Shown one piece after another: positions 60,295 through 64,000 of a DNA stretch of 64,000 nucleotides. This DNA is from Candidatus Thorarchaeota archaeon (lineage in GTDB: Archaea; Asgardarchaeota; Thorarchaeia; Thorarchaeales; Thorarchaeaceae), in NCBI GenBank assembly GCA_048884965.1, contig JBHLQH010000002.1, positions 134,935 through 198,934 of the forward strand. Reading direction: 5' to 3'. Each line of letters starts with the position of its first letter. Position 1 is the first letter of the stretch. The position numbers and the translations under genes are program-made. The notes below the pieces were generated by a model. It was not told the DNA's origin and did no database searches. It was given only the letters and a program-made list of their open reading frames with translations.

Positions 60295-61392
60295 ATGCCA
60301 CTCGAAACATGGAGGCTCCTTGATATCGGGCCTATCGAACCACTATATACGCAAATCATCTATGATGTAATCGCGCAGGGAATTACTGAAGGAATTTCAG
60401 AGAATACACTCATTATATGTTGGCCATCATCGCCTCTGGTGAGTCTTGGGTATTTCCAAGAAACAGACAAGGATATCGACTTGGAATTCTGTCGAGAGAA
60501 CAATATCGTTGTTACACGTCGCGTTGTGGGGGGTGGCGGAGTCTATCTTGACGGAGAGCAAATGTTCTACCAGATCGTCCATAGGAAGGATAGTCCGGCT
60601 TCTGTCATTGATATCAGCAAATACTATAGGAAATTCCTAGAGGCTCCGGTACGGGCCTATCAAAACCTAGGAATCGATTGCGAGTTCAAACCAGTAAATG
60701 ATATTCAGACTGCGAATGGACAGAAGATCTCAGGCAATGGAGCAGCTGATGTAGGGGATGCGCGTATCCTCGTTGGTAACTTGATCTTCGACTTCAACTA
60801 TGACATGATGGTGAAGGTTCTAAGAGTACCAGATGAGAAGTTCAGGGATAAGTTGGCACAGGGATTGCGAATGCGGATGTCAACGATAAAGCGGGAGATT
60901 GGAACGATGCCTGATAGAGAGGAAGTGAAGCAAGACCTTCTTCGACTCTACAAGGAAACCCTCGATATCGACTTGAAGGAGGGAAGTCTGACTGAGTGGG
61001 AAAAGAGCCGGATGGCAGAGTTGAAGGGTAAATATCTCTCTGACGAATGGCTGCATTGGCGCAGTGGTGGACGAATCGACGCTCGGACTGTCAGACTCAC
61101 AGCTACATCTATCATGGGTACAGCCAATCATAAGGCGCCCGGTGGGCTTATTCGAGTCACCCAGACTGTCGACCATGGGAAGATCACTGAGATCGTTATC
61201 TCTGGAGATTTCTTCATGTATCCATCCGACACCATTAGGAAGCTTGAGGAGAATCTCATTGGTGCCTCCGTTGAAGGGAGCGATATCATTGAGAGGGTGA
61301 AGAAGACCTATCAGGAATATGGTATCGATTCTCCTGGTGTGACCCCCGAGGACTTCGAAACTGTCATCAAGCTCTCGTTGGAACAGAAATAG
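60295..61392 (+). CDS. lplA: Lipoate-protein ligase A (catalytic + C-terminal domain)
   Basis: 'VSLGYFQ', 'RRVVGGGGVYLD', 'NDI...GQKISGNG', 'KAPGGLI', 'ISGDFF'. Confidence 0.88.
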   Translation: MPLETWRLLDIGPIEPLYTQIIYDVIAQGITEGISENTLIICWPSSPLVSLGYFQETDKDIDLEFCRENNIVVTRRVVGGGGVYLDGEQMFYQIVHRKDSPASVIDISKYYRKFLEAPVRAYQNLGIDCEFKPVNDIQTANGQKISGNGAADVGDARILVGNLIFDFNYDMMVKVLRVPDEKFRDKLAQGLRMRMSTIKREIGTMPDREEVKQDLLRLYKETLDIDLKEGSLTEWEKSRMAELKGKYLSDEWLHWRSGGRIDARTVRLTATSIMGTANHKAPGGLIRVTQTVDHGKITEIVISGDFFMYPSDTIRKLEENLIGASVEGSDIIERVKKTYQEYGIDSPGVTPEDFETVIKLSLEQK

Positions 61393-61449
61393 TAGCAGGT
61401 ATAAACGGATAAATCATGGACAGTATCAAGTTCTTGAGAGGAATCCTCA

Positions 61450-62538
61450 TTGACAGTTGATAGACCGTTCAGAGTATTCGCACCCGGAAGAGTGTGTCTA
61501 TTTGGAGAACACAGTGATTATCTGGGTCTCGACGTCATACCAGCCGCAATAGACCTGGGTATAGAGATAGTCGCACATCCGAGGGATGATGATTTAATCA
61601 TCGTCGATTACACGGATCTGGGAGCAATGGATGAATTCCCTATCGATACACTCCTAGAGCACCGACATGATCGGGATTATCTACGAAGTGCGTTCAATGT
61701 AGCAAAAGATCTAGATATGGTACCATCGAGGGGGTGGGATGTACGAGTTTCAGGGAATATCCCTATTGCGGGGGGTCTCTCTTCATCATCCGCCCTCTCT
61801 GTGGCTTCAGTAATCCTTGCAACGCACATGGGAGGTGCCGAGCTCAGACCGATAGATATCGTTCGATTGGCATATGAAACAGAGGTCGAGAGATTCGGAG
61901 AGAGTGGAGGAATGATGGATCATTACGCATCCTCCTTCGGAGGTGTGGTCCATGTTTCAATGGGATTAGACCAGAAAGTTACAAGATTGCCCGCGGAGCT
62001 GAAAGGTATCGTTATTGGCGACTCTCAACAGAAGAAGCAAGATACGGTTGGAGACCTTAGAGAGATCAGAAAGACCGTCGAAGCTGGTTATGGGGAGATT
62101 AGAAGGAAGCTCCCAGAGTTCGACCCCAGAACGACGCAAATACAGCGAGTCTATGGATTACAGCAGTCAAGACCAAACAATACAGTCATGATGGCAGAGG
62201 CATCACTCAGGAATCGAGATCTAACAGCAGAAGCATTCCAGCTACTGAAGAAGAAGCATCCAAATGAGCAGAAGATAGGAGAATTGCTGAATGAACACCA
62301 TTCACTTCTACGATACAACTTTGCTCGTTCGACTCCAAAGATAGACATGATGATTGATGCTGCAATGAAAGCAGGTGCCTTGGGTTGCAAAGTTAATGGA
62401 AGTGGAGGTGGCGGGACGATGCTTGCCTACTCGCCGGGGGCTGAAGAAGAGGTTTCAGAAGCTATAAGGTCAGCGGGAGGAGTCCCCCATAAGATAGAGA
62501 TAGGTCAGGGAGCATCCCTGACCATACTGCGTGAATGA
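61450..62538 (+). CDS. Galactokinase-like GHMP kinase
   Basis: 'APGRVCLFGEHSDY', 'PIAGGLSSSSA', 'GMMD', 'GSGGGG'. Confidence 0.9.
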   Translation: MTVDRPFRVFAPGRVCLFGEHSDYLGLDVIPAAIDLGIEIVAHPRDDDLIIVDYTDLGAMDEFPIDTLLEHRHDRDYLRSAFNVAKDLDMVPSRGWDVRVSGNIPIAGGLSSSSALSVASVILATHMGGAELRPIDIVRLAYETEVERFGESGGMMDHYASSFGGVVHVSMGLDQKVTRLPAELKGIVIGDSQQKKQDTVGDLREIRKTVEAGYGEIRRKLPEFDPRTTQIQRVYGLQQSRPNNTVMMAEASLRNRDLTAEAFQLLKKKHPNEQKIGELLNEHHSLLRYNFARSTPKIDMMIDAAMKAGALGCKVNGSGGGGTMLAYSPGAEEEVSEAIRSAGGVPHKIEIGQGASLTILRE

Positions 62539-62539
62539 C

Positions 62540-64000
62540 CTATGCGCCTTCAGCGAGCTCTTTCATCTTCGCTTCGACGATATCAAGAATCTCTCCCTTG
62601 AGCTTTCTTCCATCCGAGATGAGCTTCTCAACTTCAACAGCAGTCTTCTCAACGAAGTCCTTGCTCTTGATATTGCCAAGATTGATACGCACGTTCAGTG
62701 CGGCACCTTCAATTGCAGCCATTAACGCATGAGCTGCAACACCGGCATCAGTGATTGCATTTGGATTCCCTTTCTCAGCGGCGACCTTTGCATGGGTCAT
62801 CGCACTATAGGAATGACGCATAGTCTCAAGGGGTATTGATGCAGCTTTGATAGTGGCGTCCTCGATTGCTTCAGCTTTCTTCTTCTTATCAGCATCCGTT
62901 TCCTCTGGTAGCTTGAACAGTGCCATAACCTCATCGAACGCGGCTGAATCGGTTTCTACCAGTCCCATTAGAACTCCACGATCATTCTCAGCTGCATGAC
63001 GATGCTCAATCATTTCGTCCTTGATTGCAGCGAATCGCCTTCCAGAGAGCGAGAGACCTGTGACCATACAGACAAGTGCAGCACCGTATGAGCCTATGGC
63101 AGCTGCTACGCTCCCACCGCCTGGAGTTGCACGGGCTCTTCGTATCTCATCACCAAACTCTATAACAGACATCTCTGTGAAGGTCTTCTTCGTGGGGTCT
63201 TCGGAACCACCCAAGTAGTACAAGTCAAGAATCATGCTTTCATCAAGTTTCTCTGGTTGAAGATAGTACTTTAGAGCGTCAATCAATGCGAAGAGTGGTA
63301 CCATACCAACGATCTCAGTTTCAATGACTGTTGCCCCGAATCGTCGTGCTTCGTTACGCACAACTTCAAGGACTTGATGTATCTTTGTTCGCTTCGGATG
63401 TGTGAGGTTAAGTGAAACTTGAGCACAATTCTTGTCAGGCAACTCAAGCCCAATCCCTTGGACATTAACAAACCCACCAGTTGTACCTCGAACAGCATCA
63501 GCACAGACCTGAGCGACCTTCACATCGGTTGTGCTTAGGTTGAAATTAATGGCGATAAGGAAATTGCGAGCGCCTGTAGCTGTTGCGCCAGCAGTAGGAT
63601 GAATCTTCTTTGGACCATAATCAGGATCCTTCGCGGGGTCCTTGCCGATTAGCTCTTTGAGTCCTTCGAACTCACCTTCTCGGATGTTTGGAAGGTCGAC
63701 TCTCTCCGGACGCGTTGCAGCCTTCGAGTAGAGATACACAGGAACGTTGCATTTGTTGGAGAACTCCTCAGCGAATTCCTTGGATATCTCGATACATTCT
63801 CCGATAGTTGTTCCATGGAGTGGGATGAACGGAACGACATCCACTGCACCCATTCGAGGATGCTGTCCACTATGCTTTGTCAGGTCAATCTTCTCTACTG
63901 CAAGCTCTGCTGCCTTCAAAGCAGCTTCCTTCACTTTCTGAGGTTCACCAATGAACGTGAAGACAGACCGATTGTGATCAGGATCAAACTCGACATCAAG
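62540..64000 (-). CDS. ftcd: Bifunctional glutamate formimidoyltransferase/formiminotetrahydrofolate cyclodeaminase; 5' end lies beyond the window
   Basis: 'DPDHNRSV', 'HPRMGAVDVVPF', 'GAR..LIA.N', 'QVSLN'; cyclodeaminase 'TPGGGSVAA', 'GNPNAITDAGV', 'LNVRINL'; frame open to 64000. Confidence 0.93.
   Translation of the reverse strand, partial: LDVEFDPDHNRSVFTFIGEPQKVKEAALKAAELAVEKIDLTKHSGQHPRMGAVDVVPFIPLHGTTIGECIEISKEFAEEFSNKCNVPVYLYSKAATRPERVDLPNIREGEFEGLKELIGKDPAKDPDYGPKKIHPTAGATATGARNFLIAINFNLSTTDVKVAQVCADAVRGTTGGFVNVQGIGLELPDKNCAQVSLNLTHPKRTKIHQVLEVVRNEARRFGATVIETEIVGMVPLFALIDALKYYLQPEKLDESMILDLYYLGGSEDPTKKTFTEMSVIEFGDEIRRARATPGGGSVAAAIGSYGAALVCMVTGLSLSGRRFAAIKDEMIEHRHAAENDRGVLMGLVETDSAAFDEVMALFKLPEETDADKKKKAEAIEDATIKAASIPLETMRHSYSAMTHAKVAAEKGNPNAITDAGVAAHALMAAIEGAALNVRINLGNIKSKDFVEKTAVEVEKLISDGRKLKGEILDIVEAKMKELAEGA

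Overview
Gene-dense archaeal chromosomal segment, most likely from an Asgard archaeon (Thorarchaeia-like). This is inferred from TATA-box promoters, GGTGA/GGAGG ribosome-binding sites, a tungsten AOR, SCP2, several TPR proteins and several single-pass surface proteins. About 46 CDS are supported. No tRNA, rRNA, CRISPR array or mobile element was recognised. Routine content includes a hisGDCBHAFI+PHP operon, ADH-AOR, PepD, LplA, galactokinase, FTCD (cut by the window edge) and an ABC exporter. The main candidate for a new system is a tightly coupled ~15 kb operon at 5480-20641, followed by a TPR gene. It encodes an ABC-2 permease, an ABC ATPase fused to TrmB-type effector-binding subdomains, a 1490-aa membrane-anchored subtilase with a dead catalytic triad and a GIFT (GldG/IFT52-like) domain, a second ABC ATPase, and a 2251-aa FG-GAP/Ca2+-repeat type I membrane protein with a cytoplasmic Ig-like tail. 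The second candidate (22071-26072) is a MurL-like ATP-dependent epimerase, a D-Ala-D-Ala-ligase-like ATP-grasp enzyme and a GNAT next to a PLP enzyme, suggesting D-amino-acid peptide chemistry in a lineage without peptidoglycan. All family calls come from motif recognition by eye, not database searches.
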